Assembly (NCBI RefSeq): GCF_009914755.1
Contig: NC_060936.1
Direction: 5' to 3' (one strand)
DNA length: 64,000 nucleotides
DNA from: the human T2T-CHM13v2.0 reference genome, Homo sapiens
Position 1 is the stretch's first letter. Each line of letters begins with the position of its first letter. The notes under the pieces were generated by a model, which was not told where the DNA came from, searched no databases, and was given only the letters and a program-made list of their open reading frames with translations. Of this stretch, positions 42,795 to 56,632 are shown one piece after another. A program made the translations under genes and the position numbers.

Positions 42795-44881
42795 CCCTCC
42801 AACATATCAAGGGTGAGAGAACCTCTTCCCCACTCAACCCCTGAGCTGCAGAGGACCCCAAAGGCAGCACGGCACCTTGAAAGACCTAACCTATGGGGAG
42901 TCAGCAACAGAGTGTGACTCAGGCTTCTCTGGGTGTTATTCTACTTCAGAAATCCTACAGGTGGAAGAAATAGGGAATAATCCTCACCATGTAAGATAGG
43001 CCCCGGGAAGGCCATGGGTTCTGGAGCCTGAGGACCAGGCCTTGGGCCCCAGCTCTGTCACTTACCAGCTGCACCATTTCCAACAAGCCACCAAAGCTCT
43101 CTCGGATTGACAGGCAATGTTAAATAATTGTAATAATTAATAATAATACCACTTGGAGGAGAGAAGGATAGACTTTACAAAAGGACCTGTGGAAATGTTT
43201 GGGGGTGGTAGATATGTTCATTTTCTTGATTACAAGACAGTGATGGTTTCACAGTGATGGTTTTGAACATATGTCAAAACTCAACAGATTGGATACTTTA
43301 AATATGTGCAGTTTATTATACATCAGTTATACCTCAAAAAGGCTAGAGGGAAAAGATATGCAAAAATGTAAAACAATGCAACACTTCTTGTAACTTTTTT
43401 TGTTTTAAAAAATCATTATTTTTAATTATAATGTTTTATGTTAAATAAACATTATTTACTTAACAATATGTTATATATTCGTTAGCTTTTAATTAATAAT
43501 AAATATTCAAAAGTGAATAATGATTTCATGGTATCTCAGAATCAAATAAGGTTGTACATATGAAGGTATTTTGTAAACTATGAAGTGTCTACAAAAGGAT
43601 TTTTTAAAGAGCAAGTGCAGGGATAGGCACTGTGAAATCTCTGCCTTGGTACTCAAAGCACAGGGCATACCCATGTTCCTAGGGCCAAAAAAACACATGT
43701 CCTTGACCCCTGTGGGAATCCCACCATGTTTCTTGGATCCCACATAAAAAAAATCATAGCTGAGCCCACCGAGGCAGTAGCCCCTGGCATGTAACTGAAC
43801 ACCACCAAGTGAGGATGAAGATAAAAGTGAACATTTCTCTTGGGAGTTTATGATGCTCAAAGATAACAGGCTGAAAGTAGCCAGATGCAACATTTCTACC
43901 AAAAATGAGAGAATGACAATCCATAAGCCCCAAAGATGTTGGCAGAAAGAACAGGGCCTCTCCCAAAACTCAGGGAGGCCAGTAGGCTGGCGCCTGGGCT
44001 TCCAGCACACAGAACCAGCCCAAACAGGGGATCCTGGATGAACTGTGAGGAAAGACCCAAGGAAAATGCTGCTGTTTCCTATTCATCACAGTGAAATTGT
44101 TCTGGACAGTCGCCATCCTGCAAGTGGAATCAGATGCTGTGGATGCTAACTCTCAGCAATGGGTGTGCCTCTCCCTCACCCCCACCAGGACACGGAGAGC
44201 ACTTCAGTGCCTGAGGAATGGAAGGCAAGAGAGCAATGGGCAAAGGGGTGCCCTAGCTGGTCATTAGTAAATACTCAGACCACAGATGATCAGTAGGTCC
44301 TGGCTGGCCTGGAACAGTCTCTGTTTATTCCCCTTGCCTCATCATCCCATCAAGTTTAGGATTTTAGCATTCTCAAAAATGTCCCAGGCTAGACAAGCAA
44401 ATCACAGGATCAACCTGTGAGCACCACTACACTTAATAGCCATCAAACCTTTGAGCAAGAATGCCCAGTATCCCCTTCCTGTCTTTCATTTATTTGGCCC
44501 ATGTGAAAAATATCCCACTCAGAGAGAAGCATTCCCAGGCATTTAAAAGCTGGTCATATTAACTCTGAAAGCCCTATCTCTTCATTATCTCTAATGTCTC
44601 TCCTGACTTAAAATTTGCATGATTCCTTGATTTTGCTACTTTTCTTCCAACCTCAAGACACCTCCCTAAACCCTTTATGTTATCAGTAATTAACTCCCCT
44701 CCCCCACAAGGATATGCCCCTGCCTTCTCTTAGCAGTGACTCATCTCTCCCTTAAAGAATCTTTACACTATTTTCCTATGATTCAATCATCCTAACAAAG
44801 TTCAATTCAACAAGTATTTATTGGGCAACGACTGTGTGCTTGGCAATGTGCTAAGAGTTAGGGCATATGAAAGAAATCTAA

Positions 44882-45447
44882 GCCATCATGCCATCACACC
44901 ATCATGCCATCACATCACCATGCATTCACACCATCATGCCACCACACCATCATGCCATGACACCATCATGCATTCAAACCATCATGCCATCACATCACCA
45001 TGCATTCACACCATCATGAATTCATACCATCAAGAATTCACACCATCATGCCACCACACTACCATTTCATCACACCATCATGCATTCACACCATCATACA
45101 TTTACACCAGCATGCCATCACACCATCATACATTCACACCATCATGCATTCATACCATCAAGAATTCACACCATCATGCATTCATACCATCATGCCACCA
45201 CACCATCATGCCACCACACCATCATGCCATCACACCATCATACCATCACACCATCATGCATTCACGCTATCGTGCATTCACACTATCATGCCACCACAGC
45301 ATTATGCCACCATATCATCAGGCCATCACACCATTATGCATTCACACCATCATGCAATCACACCATCATGCATTCACACCATCATGCATTCACACAATCA
45401 TTCATTCACACCATCATGCCACCATACCATCATGCAGTCACACCATT
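44882..45447. repeat. Complex CA/CAT-rich minisatellite, unit ~CACACCATCATGCATT / CACACCATCATGCCAT
   Basis: About 35 degenerate 13-19-nt units; produces His-rich pseudo-ORFs in three frames. Confidence 0.93.
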
Positions 45448-47489
45448 TTCATTCTCTTTGGAAACCAGATAAATGATATCTAATACCTGGGACAGATCAC
45501 GACCAGGGCAATTAACGTCCAAAGGGACAGGACGACAATGAACGATCATTTGTTTGTCATCTCCCCTTTCACTCACCAATAGTTGCCAAGTTTTGCTCTG
45601 AGAGAAACACCCCTACTGGAGCTCAGCCATATGTTTTTAGCAGAATTGATCCCATCCCAAATCCAAGCCTATGCCCAATTAGTTTGAACCAATCAGCATA
45701 TCCAACCCTCTGCCACAACGACTGCTTCTGGAATATGCTTGTAATGTGGTCAAAATCAATAAGATGTGAGGAAATAATGGCCAGGATTTCTAGGGAAAGC
45801 AGCTTTCTCCTTCCGTCAGACTCTGGGGGATAACAGTGGCCATCGATTCACTCCATAAAGGGAAGTCCTGGGTCAGCAAGGGGGATCAGTGAGAAAATAA
45901 AAGATGAAGTGGACCCTGCAGATGGTTGAGCAGAAAGATAGAGAAATTGGTTGTCTTTAGGGACATCATGGGAGCTGAGGGATCAAGCCTCACCAGATCT
46001 GCTTATGGGCTTCCTGATCACACGAGCTTATAAATTCCCTTTGTTGTTTGAGCTGGTTTGAGTTGGATGTTCTGCCAATATGAACAAGCATTCTCACTGA
46101 TATAAGAAACTACTGGAAAGAGCTGACTCTGGGCTAGAGCCAGAGGGCATGTTGTGGAGGAGAGGGACCTTGAGTTGTACTTTGACCACTACATGATGAG
46201 ATTTGCACATGCCGTTGTGAGCGGCATGGAAGAGAAGAAGTGGATGAACACAGGTGCAGAGAGGAATGTGCAGCATGTAGAGACCAGCCAGCCTGAAACT
46301 GAATGGAGCCTGGGGATCCAGGGGGCTGAGACTGGCCTGTGCTGGCTGTACTGCCCACTACAATGCTGCTGCCAGTGCATTTTGCAACAGTGACCTTGAC
46401 AGATCAACCCCATACTTTCACCCAGGTTCGTTATATTTTCAACAAGATAAAAGATGAGAGAGTCCGCCTAGTCAAGGAACCTTTAAGAAAATGCCTTCCT
46501 CTTTTCCCAGTGGAGCTCAAATTAGAAACTTCTTCCCACTCTCCAGTGAGACCAACAAATACAAGTGATAGCAGGGAGTTGGTCTAGGGGTTGGTCTGGG
46601 TTGGTCTAGGCTGTGATCAAACAGAATGACAGAACAAGCCTCCCATGTGGCACAGATCCAGGCTGTGACCTTCGGAGGAGGCAGTTTTCTGAAGACAGGC
46701 TCTGGCCTTCCTTCTAGGAGCCATTACTCCTTCATAGCAGAGATCTTACACAAAGAGGCAGTGTAGACTTTGAACATGTACAAAGAAGCTATAAAACCTT
46801 CTACAACATTGATCACAAGCTTTCTTCAGCTAAAGAACTCTTTCTCCAAATATTTCAAGGGGCTACCTGGTTGTGTTCCAGAGAACTACAGCCCCACCTG
46901 CTCAGCCCCAACTTGGGCTCCAAGTGGTTTCTGTGGCACTTGTATGCAAACCCCAAGAACTGTAGTCCTTAGAAATGGATGAGGTTTTTGACTGTCACAA
47001 TGACAGGGAAACACCACTCATATTTAATGGATGAAGTGAGAGACACCAAACATGCTTCGATGTACTAGAAAGTCCTAGGAAAAATTAACCTTCCTGGAAT
47101 ATACAGTGCTCCACTGAGACTTCCCTAGGGCTCAGGTAAGTGAAGTTGAAAATTACTGTGCTGCCCCGCACATCTGTCCGACCTGACATAGAAGGCAGGA
47201 TTAGCAATTATCACACAAGTCCCATGGCTCTGGCTCCAGCAGACTCAGCCTTGAGAGATATTAAGGTAGAGCTTAAAGAACTTGGATTATGAATAAAGGC
47301 TATCGAATTAGCTAAAATCTAGATCTTGGATGTGATGTTGATAAACTAATCAGGGACACAGAAAAAGACCTAGCACTATAATGAAAAAAAAAAAAAAAAA
47401 AAAAACCAGTGGATTTGATTACTTCGTGAGCTTCCAAAAATATCCAGATCAACCCAGCTGTCAAGAGCACTATGAAAATAATCCATTAA

Positions 47490-47846
47490 GAGTAAAAGGG
47501 TGGTTACCAGAGCCTGGGAAGGACAGTAGGGGAGTGGGCAGGAAGTGGGAATGGTTAATGAGTACAAAATAAAAATAGAAAAAATAAGACATAGTATTCA
47601 ATAGCACAATGGATAACTACAGTCAATAATAATTTAATTGTATATTTTAAAATAACTAAAAGAGTACAATTGGATTGTTTGTTACACAAAGGATAAATGT
47701 TTGAAGGGACAGATACCCCATTGTCCACAATGTGATTATTACGAATTACATGCCTGTATCAGGGTATCTAGTGTACACCATTAATATATACATGTACTAG
47801 GTACCCACAAAAGTTAAAAATGTTTTTAAAATAAAAAATAATAATA
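47490..47846 (+). mobile_element. L1MA-like 3' terminal fragment
   Basis: ggtggttaccagag.ctggga...gtacccacaaaagttaaaaa plus A-rich tail; flanking duplication aataatccatta. Confidence 0.8.
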
Positions 47847-47944
47847 ATCCATTAGCTTAGAGTGTTCTGGAGGCCAGGGGATGAAGGTCATGTGGTCTCT
47901 AGAAGCAGGGCACATTAAAGAAGAGCTCAGAGAGACCCTGCTGA

Positions 47945-48148
47945 AAATCCCAGCTCTGCCACTTACTCCCTGTGTGACGTTGATATGTAACATGATCTCT
48001 CTGAGTCTCAGCCTCCTTTCTGATCAAGCAGAAAAATAAGAATCTGGAAGCAATAGTGACCTCATAGAGTGCTTGTGAATATCAGCAATAATGTAAGAAA
48101 GACACCTAGCACAATGTCTGGCACATAGTAGGTGCTCAATGCTAATAA
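47945..48148 (+). mobile_element. MIR
   Basis: aatcccagctctgccacttact..ctgtgtgac core and MIR-type 3' end. Confidence 0.75.
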
Positions 48149-51032
48149 TAATTAGATTCTGCAGATGGTGTCTTCTGGCCAGAATAATTTGAATTAAGGG
48201 GGTTTGTGCAATTGAGTTTCCAGCATCCTCCCTTTTTTCCTAGAAAAAGCTGGCTCCTGGGGCATTTTCTCCCCCTCTATGAGGCGAAAGCCCAGTCTGG
48301 ATCGTGTCCTCTCTATGCAGCCCAAACATGCTTTTCCACAGCCATGACCCTGCATGCACACCACATGGAACCAGTCCTGCCTGAGACCGCAGGTCTGGAA
48401 GAGAAGGGGTCATCAGCCCTGCTAATTAAATCTGCAGATGATAACAAACTGGGCGGCTCTGCAAACAGCACCAGAGAGGACAGGGATATAAATGAGAAGG
48501 GACCTAGGGAGTTTACAAAATATGGGACAGGAAATCACAAAATGAGATTCAATGCAGAAGAATGCAAGGAACTCCAACTGTGGGGAATAATCAGAAACAT
48601 AGACCCTGGAGGGGAAGGGGAAGCTGGAAAAAGGCAGAGGTGATGAGGGCTTGGAGCAGATGGAAGACAGGTGGCAAATGAGAGAATGGGCGCAGGAGGT
48701 GAACAGGAAGTAGGGGTCGAGAAGCCTGCAGGAAGTCCAAATGGAAACTGTGGGTCCCATCCAGCAGGGCCATTCGCACTCTCCAAGGCTCGCTTCCAAA
48801 GTCCATCCTCCACTCCAGCACCAGTCCGAGTAGCACCTCCTCCAAGAAGCCTTTCTGGACTTCCACAGCGAGCCCTACCAGTCTCCCTGCTCATTACTCT
48901 TCTGTGCTCGGCAGGGTCATGTTTGACCATGGGCATCATTCCACATCTGACTCTTTTAGCTTCAACCAGACTCTGAGCTCCATGGGGACAAGGATCCAGG
49001 CCCTGTGACTCACTGTGCTCCTTCCTGCATCCAACTCAAAGCAAAGCCCAGGGTAAATCTTCAATAAAAATGAGGGTGGGCATCATCTCCAATAACATGA
49101 CAAAGAGAAGAATTTCCCTCTCCAACCCCTGCTGGGTCAAAATTCTGTCTGAGATCTCTCTGTCCTTATCTCTAGGCCTCGGCCCTATCCCGATGCCTCA
49201 TGCATGGCACCCCTCAGTCAACTGCTTGTTTAACCGTTACTCAGGCCAGGACACAAACCAGAGATCACTGAGGGGCCGGGGGAAAGAAGACAAATCACAA
49301 GTAGAGGGGAAATGATGAGGCGGATGTGTCCCTCATGTGACGGGGACTGTCCTCACATAGCCATGGTGCTGAGAGTGTTTTCTGCAAGACGAGAGTGGCT
49401 TCCCTGAGACACCTGCCCCCTTTCAGCTGATAACTTCAAAACCAATAATCATGATAAAAATAATCAGGACAATAAGGTATAACTCGTTCTCAGGAAACTT
49501 GAGTAAGGCTTACCTGGCCCTAGGAAGAAACATAACTACTGCCTTGAACCACTGTGAAATCAAGCTCCTCTGAAGAAAGGCAGGAGCCCTCCCCACACCA
49601 TCAGCCCAAGAATACTGTCACTCTCACTAAACGTGTGTGTCTCAGGAGATGAAGAGAGTAAGTACCAAAGACTTGTTTTGACACTCAGCCCACCATGGCA
49701 CCAGGGACAACAGAGGGGAAAGTAAAAAGGCAAATGTGCAGAGCAATCCATCTGCAGAGAAGCCTGGGGAGGAAGGTGTCTTTAGGGTACCTGCTGTGCA
49801 TGGCAGGTTCATTACACCCCAAGCCAACAGGACTCTGACCATTCTGAGAGGCCTCTAGAGAAAGGAAGTCCACAGTGTTTCCTGCTCATCTGGATCCCTG
49901 CCCTTCCAGAGGTGCTTTCCCCCAGCCCAGGGCAGTGGGGGAAACACGGAGACCAGGTCCTGGTGCCAGCTCTGCCACTTCTCATCTTTGGCACCTTGGC
50001 AACGTCACACCTGAGTCACCCCAGGGCTCTGCCTTCTGCTTCCCTATACAATGACAGCATTGAACTATGAAGGTTCCCTCCCGCTGAAAGATCCTGTGAC
50101 TTCACAAAGGGCAGGAATTCTCTCAGCACCTTAGCATGAAGAACTAGCCTTAATCATTCTACTGCAAATGTACTTTGATGGGCTGCAAAGCTCCAGCCTC
50201 CTGGGAGAACCCAGAAATGAGCTAGAACACAGAGTCACAGAGATTTCCACCATCTAAATAGAACTGCATCTTTTCTTGTCTTCTTTCCTTAAAGGTCCCT
50301 CCCTTCTTCTCATATTCTAAAACTTGAAGGGATCAAAGGTCCTACTCAGGATGAGGTACCTCCCTGCTGAAAGAGAAATGCAGCACATCCCAGCTGCTGA
50401 ATGCCAGTATTTATTGAAGTTTGGTACTTGCTATCCTAAACAAGGTGGCCACATGCAGTGGCGCAGGTCATGCACTGCACAAAGGTGCTATTTCAGGGGG
50501 GCACTACCATGGAGAAGATAGTTTATATTCAATAGCATATTTACTATGATCGTTTTCTGGAAGATGGCAAAGTGTTTTGATCTAACAGAATCAGTATATT
50601 AAGTAATTTCAAAAAAACTGATTTTTTTATTAAAAAAGCAACTTGAGGAAGGGAGGCCTTTTTCTAATTGGCATAAAGGCACCACATGGGCTCTCCACGG
50701 CCCCAGTCGTTAGCCTGGATGCCGACTCACAGGAAAACGGCCATAGAGAGATGGGAGCACTTAATGGTCTCTCTACTGCCCCAAAGCAAAACCTACAGTC
50801 AAAAATGGAATCTACAAAAGTCATCTACATAGGTTGTAAATCGGACACATAGGCCCAAGCAGAATCCCTCCTGGGGATATTTATATTTTTTGAAGGTCAA
50901 ATAAAAGAATAATTTCTTAAAAACTGGGTCCTTATTTTGCTCATCACTAAGTCCCAAGCACTTGGACACCTCACACAGTGTCCAAGTGTCCACATGACAT
51001 TCTATACCTAGAATAGAGTATGCACTCTAAAC

Positions 51033-51354
51033 AAGGGGTTCCCAAACTGGTACCAGTCTGAGGCCTGTCAGGAACTGGGCTGCATAGCAGGAGGTAAATG
51101 GCAGGGAAGCAAGCATCACCACGTGAGTGCCACCTCCTGTCAGATAAGCAGCAGTATTATAACTCACAGGAGCACCGACCCTATTGTGATCTGTGCACGC
51201 AAGGGATCTAGGTTGCATGCTCCTTATGAGAATTTAATGCCTGATGATCTGAGGTAGAAGTTTCATCTCAAAACCATCCCCCTACCCACCAGTCCATGGA
51301 AAAATTGTCTTCCATGAAACCAGTCCCTGGTGCCAAAAAGGTTGGGGACCACTA
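51033..51354 (+). mobile_element. MER1B-like MITE
   Basis: Similar to 13136-13491; 8-bp TSD CTCTAAAC. Confidence 0.9.
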
Positions 51355-52799
51355 CTCTAAACGGTTTGATGGGATAAGCAAAACCAATGGATACAAACTC
51401 TGCTGTTTTTGCTTATGTCAGAAACCTACTGGTGGGGAGTGCAACCATCCATGTCTCCTAAACTCATAGCCCAGAAAGAGACCCTCTGTGGTTGGGCTGG
51501 AAAGTCCAGCTTGTCCTACTCAGAATCTTTCACAGGCCTTCCCACAGCACATGCTCAGGAAAGCTGCATGAATGTTTCTGAGACCAGAGAAAACTGGAAA
51601 TGTACAATCTTCTAACTTCTTTTTACTCATCCTGCAACCCACAGAGTCAGAGAAGCAGTCCAGAAACTAGCTCTAGGATGTCAGCCAGCTCTTAATGGGG
51701 ACAGGTAAACAAGACAGGAGCAAAATGTATTTTCCATTGTCCTTTTTCCCTCTCGTGACCCCCAGCTTTTCCCCAGAGCTCTCCATAGGATCGCGCACCT
51801 GCTCTGGTCTCACTTTGACCAGTCTATGTCCTGGGCATCCAGAGAGCAAGTACCAAAAACTCATCCTCATCCTGGCTTACCTGTCATTCAACCCACATCC
51901 TTTCCAGGTAAAGAAGTCCTTGGGATGGCCCCAAGGAGCTCATAGTCTAACCCAGGGTCCCTCACTCAGGGAATACCACATGGCTGTTTTTCAATCTATG
52001 ATGAGCAACCCTTTTAAGGTACTGGAGGCTGATGAATATCTGACCCCACCCAGCTCTACTGTGACAGGGGCTTCGAAGGCTTCACCTCAAATCAGTGACT
52101 AACAGCAGATATCAGGCCCACTAGGAGGTCTAGGGGCCTTTCTGAAGAGCCTCAAATCATGCTACCTACATGCTGTTTGCACAAACCACTCAGTTCTACG
52201 TTTTAGAAGAGTGCACTTAATAGTATCGAAAATTACATCTTAATTTTTTTTAAATATGCTACCTGGACCTCCATTTCAGCCCACTAAGAGAGCCAGCCCT
52301 ACTAGAGGTCTAGAAAATCTTTCTAAATAGTCCTTTTTCTAGGAAAAAGATATGCCCACGGTTCCGGGAGGAGACATGGTGTAATGCAAAGGAATGGGCT
52401 CTGGAACCTGTCAGCCCTCCAAGTTCCTATCTTTGTCACCTACAGAGTTACTTAACCAGGCTGAGCCCTGGTCCACAGAAAGGAAAAATAACACCTTTCA
52501 TGGGACCATTGTGAAGATCCAGCGTGCAGAGATGTGGGAAACACTGCTCCCTGGTGTACATGTGGCAGGTGCACATATATGTTAGTTTCCTTCAGCAATA
52601 GGGGACTGTTTGCACTGGGGGCTCTCTTTGTTTCAACATTTGGTAACCTGGGCTAGATAGCACTCCATCCTTATTTGCAAGGCTACTGTAAATCACTAAT
52701 TTCCATATTGTTGTAAATAAAACCAGATAAAGACGGAGTGAGGGCTGAGCAGTTTATAAGCCCTACCAGAATTATAACTTTGTTACTTTTGCCTAAAGC

Positions 52800-52801
<2 letters not shown>

Positions 52802-52835
<34 letters not shown>

Positions 52836-52861
52836 GTCTCTCTCCCTTTCTCTCTTTCTCT
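52802..52861. repeat. (TC)n microsatellite
   Basis: Read directly. Confidence 0.92.
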
Positions 52862-54415
52862 GCACCTGGTGTCCCCAGGCTCTTGAACTCTGGCCTCATG
52901 TTGCTCTCTGGCACTGTCACTAGGCCGGCGAAGCCACTGACTCAGGACAACCCATGGGTTGCTGTGCAGATGACAAATGAATCTGGGACTCTGTGGGCAA
53001 ATAGCATCCAACTCACTTCACACTCTATGCCCTACTACACTCCAGGACCCGTCCACATCCCCAACCCGTCCCTGCCTCGCTGGAGGAATTTGGGCTGGGG
53101 CCCATCCAGCAGGCTAGAGGAAGCCAAGGAGAGCCTGCTTAAAGCCTGAAAGAGGCTGGGAGGAGCATGTCCTGGCGATTAAGGATGGGCTGAACTGGAG
53201 AGTCCTCTCTGGCTGCTCTTGCAGTCTTTCCGTCAACACGTCAGGACAAATGAGGTGTTTCTGTCAATCACTGAAGATGCATGGCACCCCGACTGAATCC
53301 TCCCTGAGCTAATGGGGCTGCTTGGGAGACATTCAGCATTGAAAGAAGCTCTTTGTGCAGGGGTGGTGAAGTGTTTTGCAGGAAAGCCTCAGCAGGTGGC
53401 CACAAAGAATGTGACAACTGCACCTGGGAGCTGCAAAGCCCCTCCAGGGCTAGTGGCAGCCTCGCAGTCCTTTAGAGGAGCCTCTCAGCTCTAGGGACAC
53501 CAGCCAGAGCTGATGTACCCCAACCCAACCAAGAGACGCGCAGAGAAGCCCAGACCTCCCATCTGCATACTTGGGCAGACCAGGATAGAGGCCTCAATGC
53601 TCAGTGCTTTTACACACATCTGTGGAGTCCTCAGTATGAACAAGGAGGAACTCAAAGAGCTGGACCAGACACAGACTTTGCCCTCAAACAGCTTTTAGAC
53701 TGGGGAATCATAAAAGAGGCTAGGAAAAAAGACCAGGAGGCTGACAGCTACAGAAAATTTACAAAAGAGAGGCTGTGAGGGATGGAGCTTGAGCTTCCCA
53801 GCTCTTTCTCCTAAAGAGCTAGGCCACAAGGTAAGAGTCCCAGGGCTCAGTTCACAACCAGGGAAGAGCACCCTGGCTTAGGTCAGGACAGGACTGAGAC
53901 CTAATCTGCCCAATTCACTAGCTGAGTGAGCTTGGGGAAGTCACGTCCCTTCCTCTCCCTTCTCTTGCCCTATGCAGGCAAGAGCTTGGATTAGAGGAAC
54001 CCTGAGGGCCTTCCCAACTCCAGAGCTGCAGGCTTCTTTGGTGCTTCATATTCAATCACTTTTATCACCTCAACAGGGCCTCAAATCCATACAAGCCTCT
54101 CTGTTGTCACAGCCTCTTGCTCCTTGCTTGACTCTGTCCCCACTCTGCCTTTCTGTGCAGCTGCGAGCGTGCACCTCTGGGCTCTCAGCTCTCTCCAAGC
54201 ACCCCGTGCCTCATGCGACTTGCTGTGCCTTCTGGCATCCGCTTCCCAATCAGAAACCTCACACATGTCTGCAAAGCTCCCCCCAGCCAGATCCTCCAGC
54301 TCATCTTCCTCTGAATTGTGTTAGTTGTACATATGGAAATCCAGAGAGCCTCCAAGGATTAGAGTCCACGTCTTTTTTTATTTGGAACTCTTACCTGCCG
54401 ACCCATCATCAAGGA

Positions 54416-54613
54416 CAGGACTCAGCACACTTTTTCTGTAAAGTGCAGGCCACGTGGTTTCTGTCACAGCTACTCAACTCTGATGTTGAGTCACAAAAGA
54501 AGTCATAAACAATATATAAGTGAATAAGTGTAGGTGAATTCTGGTAAAATTTTATTTACAAAAGTAGGTGGGAAGCTGGATTTGGCTTGCAGGCCACAGT
54601 TTGCTAACTCCTG
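54416..54613 (+). mobile_element. MER58-like hAT-Charlie MITE
   Basis: cagg..tcagca.actttttctgtaaag...ggccacagtttgctaactcctg. Confidence 0.7.
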
Positions 54614-55726
54614 CTCTAGGACAGGCTTTACTGATAGACATATCTGCACCTGGCCCCTCTCTCATCACTGAAATTGTTTACATGTCTGTCTGCTATACTG
54701 GACTTCCTGAAGGCCAGCTCTGTGTCTTTTACCTGTTGAACCCCAGTGTCTGATACTGTGCCTTATATATAATAGGTGTCCAATAAATGCTTGTCCTCTT
54801 AATGCCCTGATCTGATAGTACCTGTTTCACGTCTCACAACCTAAGGAGATCACCACTAGGACAGACCATGAGATACTAAGAAGCACAGCAAGAAGATCCA
54901 CCCACACAAGTTTGGATGATACCTGCCAGAGATTGCAGGGGAACGCAAGCTGGCCTGCTGGCCTCAGCACTGCTCTTAAAGGGTACTCCTTCCTGCTACA
55001 TCAAAAGGCACATGAACTGATCAAAAGTTTGGACCAGACACTCCAGCTCCTGGATCCATTCCTCCATCTCCTCCCACACTAACCATCCCCGACTGATGGC
55101 CCTCCAAGGACTGGGATCAACCAAAGAAGGCAGCCATCTGTGGGAGCTTCCAGGCTCTTTAACCTTGAACCTGTAGCAGATGCCTAATAACTACCACTAA
55201 CGCATTCATCATGCTGCACCGGTGACGGTCACCATCAAACACATCAGGCCGCTTGGCTCTCTCAGTATTCTTGTGATTAAGTGCAATGATCTCCAGTATA
55301 CACAAGAGCAGACTGAGCTCAGAGAGGCTATGAATTGTTCAAAATCACTGCAGTGAGCAGCACAACGTGGCCACTAGAAAAAGATGATAAGTCCTAGGCT
55401 ACATCTAGAATGACGGAGAGGAACAGCCCCTCTATGACTGGTTCATTTCAAGAGGTCAGGAAAATCAGAGCTCATTCAGAGAAGAGAGATGAGAAAGCTA
55501 AAGAACTCAAGCCCATAGCCAATGAAAAACGAATGAAGGAACTTGAGGTATTTTACCGGGTAGAGAGAAGGCCAGGGCAAAGATGTGAGAGAAGAAGGAT
55601 GGTATCTGGCTTCAAACTGCCACTGCAGACTTAGTCGCTGTGGTGCCAAGGGGCAGGGCCAGCCCAGCTGAGGAGGAAGGAAGCATCCCCCTCAGTCTGC
55701 TATTCTGGCCATGGCCCAAATACCCA

Positions 55727-55927
55727 TTGAAATTAAGTCCTAGAATATGATGGGGTTCTTAGAGCATTATTTTAATTACTTCACCTGCCTTTTTGGAATA
55801 AGACAGTATTTCTCCACATCTTCTTATAAGACCGTATTTCTCCACATCTGTCTTATTCCAAAAAGGCAGATGAAGTAATTAAAATAGTGGTCTTAGAACC
55901 GCATCATATTCTAGGACATAATTCCAA
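55727..55927. repeat. Inverted repeat with 80-bp arms (55727-55806 / 55848-55927) and a 41-bp spacer
   Basis: Manual alignment gives 73/80 identity with no gaps. Confidence 0.93.
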
Positions 55928-55929
55928 CA

Positions 55930-56570
55930 GATGTGGAGAAATATGAATGCTTTTACACTGTTGGTGGGAGTGTAAATTAGTTCAACCATTGTGGAAGACA
56001 GTGTGGCAATTCCTCAAGGATCTAGAACCAGAAACATCATTTGACGCAGCAATCCTATTACTGGGTATAAACGCAAAGGATTACAAACCATTCTACTATA
56101 AAGACACATGTACTTTTATGTTTATTGCAGCACTATTCACAATAGCAAAGATTTGGATCCAACCCAAATGCCCATCAATGATAGACTGGATAAAGAAATT
56201 GTGGCACATATACACCATGGAACACTATGCAGCCATAAAAAAGATGAGTTAATATCGTTTGCAGAGACATGGATGAAGCTGGAAACATCATTCTTAGCCA
56301 ACTAACACAGGAACAGAAAACTAAACACTGCATGTTCTCACTCATAAGTGGGAGCTGAACAACGAGAACACATAGACACAGGGAGGGGAACATCACACTC
56401 TGGGACCTGTCAGGGGTAGGGGGTTAGGGGAGGGATAGCATTAGGAGAAATACCTAATGTAGATGACGGGTTGATAGGTGCAGCAAACCACCATGGCACA
56501 TGTATACCTATGTAACGAATCTGCAGATTCTGCACATGTATCCCAGAACTTAAAGTATAATTTTTAAAAA
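55930..56570 (+). mobile_element. 5'-truncated L1PA (about L1PA7/8) 3' end
   Basis: ORF2 C-terminus LLHCWWECKLVQPLWK..., then 3' UTR ending acttaaagtataa; candidate TSD AAGACAGTA. Confidence 0.93.
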
Positions 56571-56632
56571 AGACAGTAAATAAACATTCTTTCATCAATT
56601 CCCACTTTAAAGTAAAGAGCAAATGGTTATTG

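Noticed and set aside
44882-45447. CRISPR-like array
   Set aside because: No unique spacers between repeats, no cas genes, and the context is a primate intron.
44821-45483. His-rich ORFs of 220, 158 and 130 aa
   Set aside because: They are translations of a tandem repeat open in all three frames, with no splice or start context supporting a gene.
49360-49375. REST/RE1-like TCAGCACCATGG on the minus strand
   Set aside because: Left half-site only; the GACAG half is missing.
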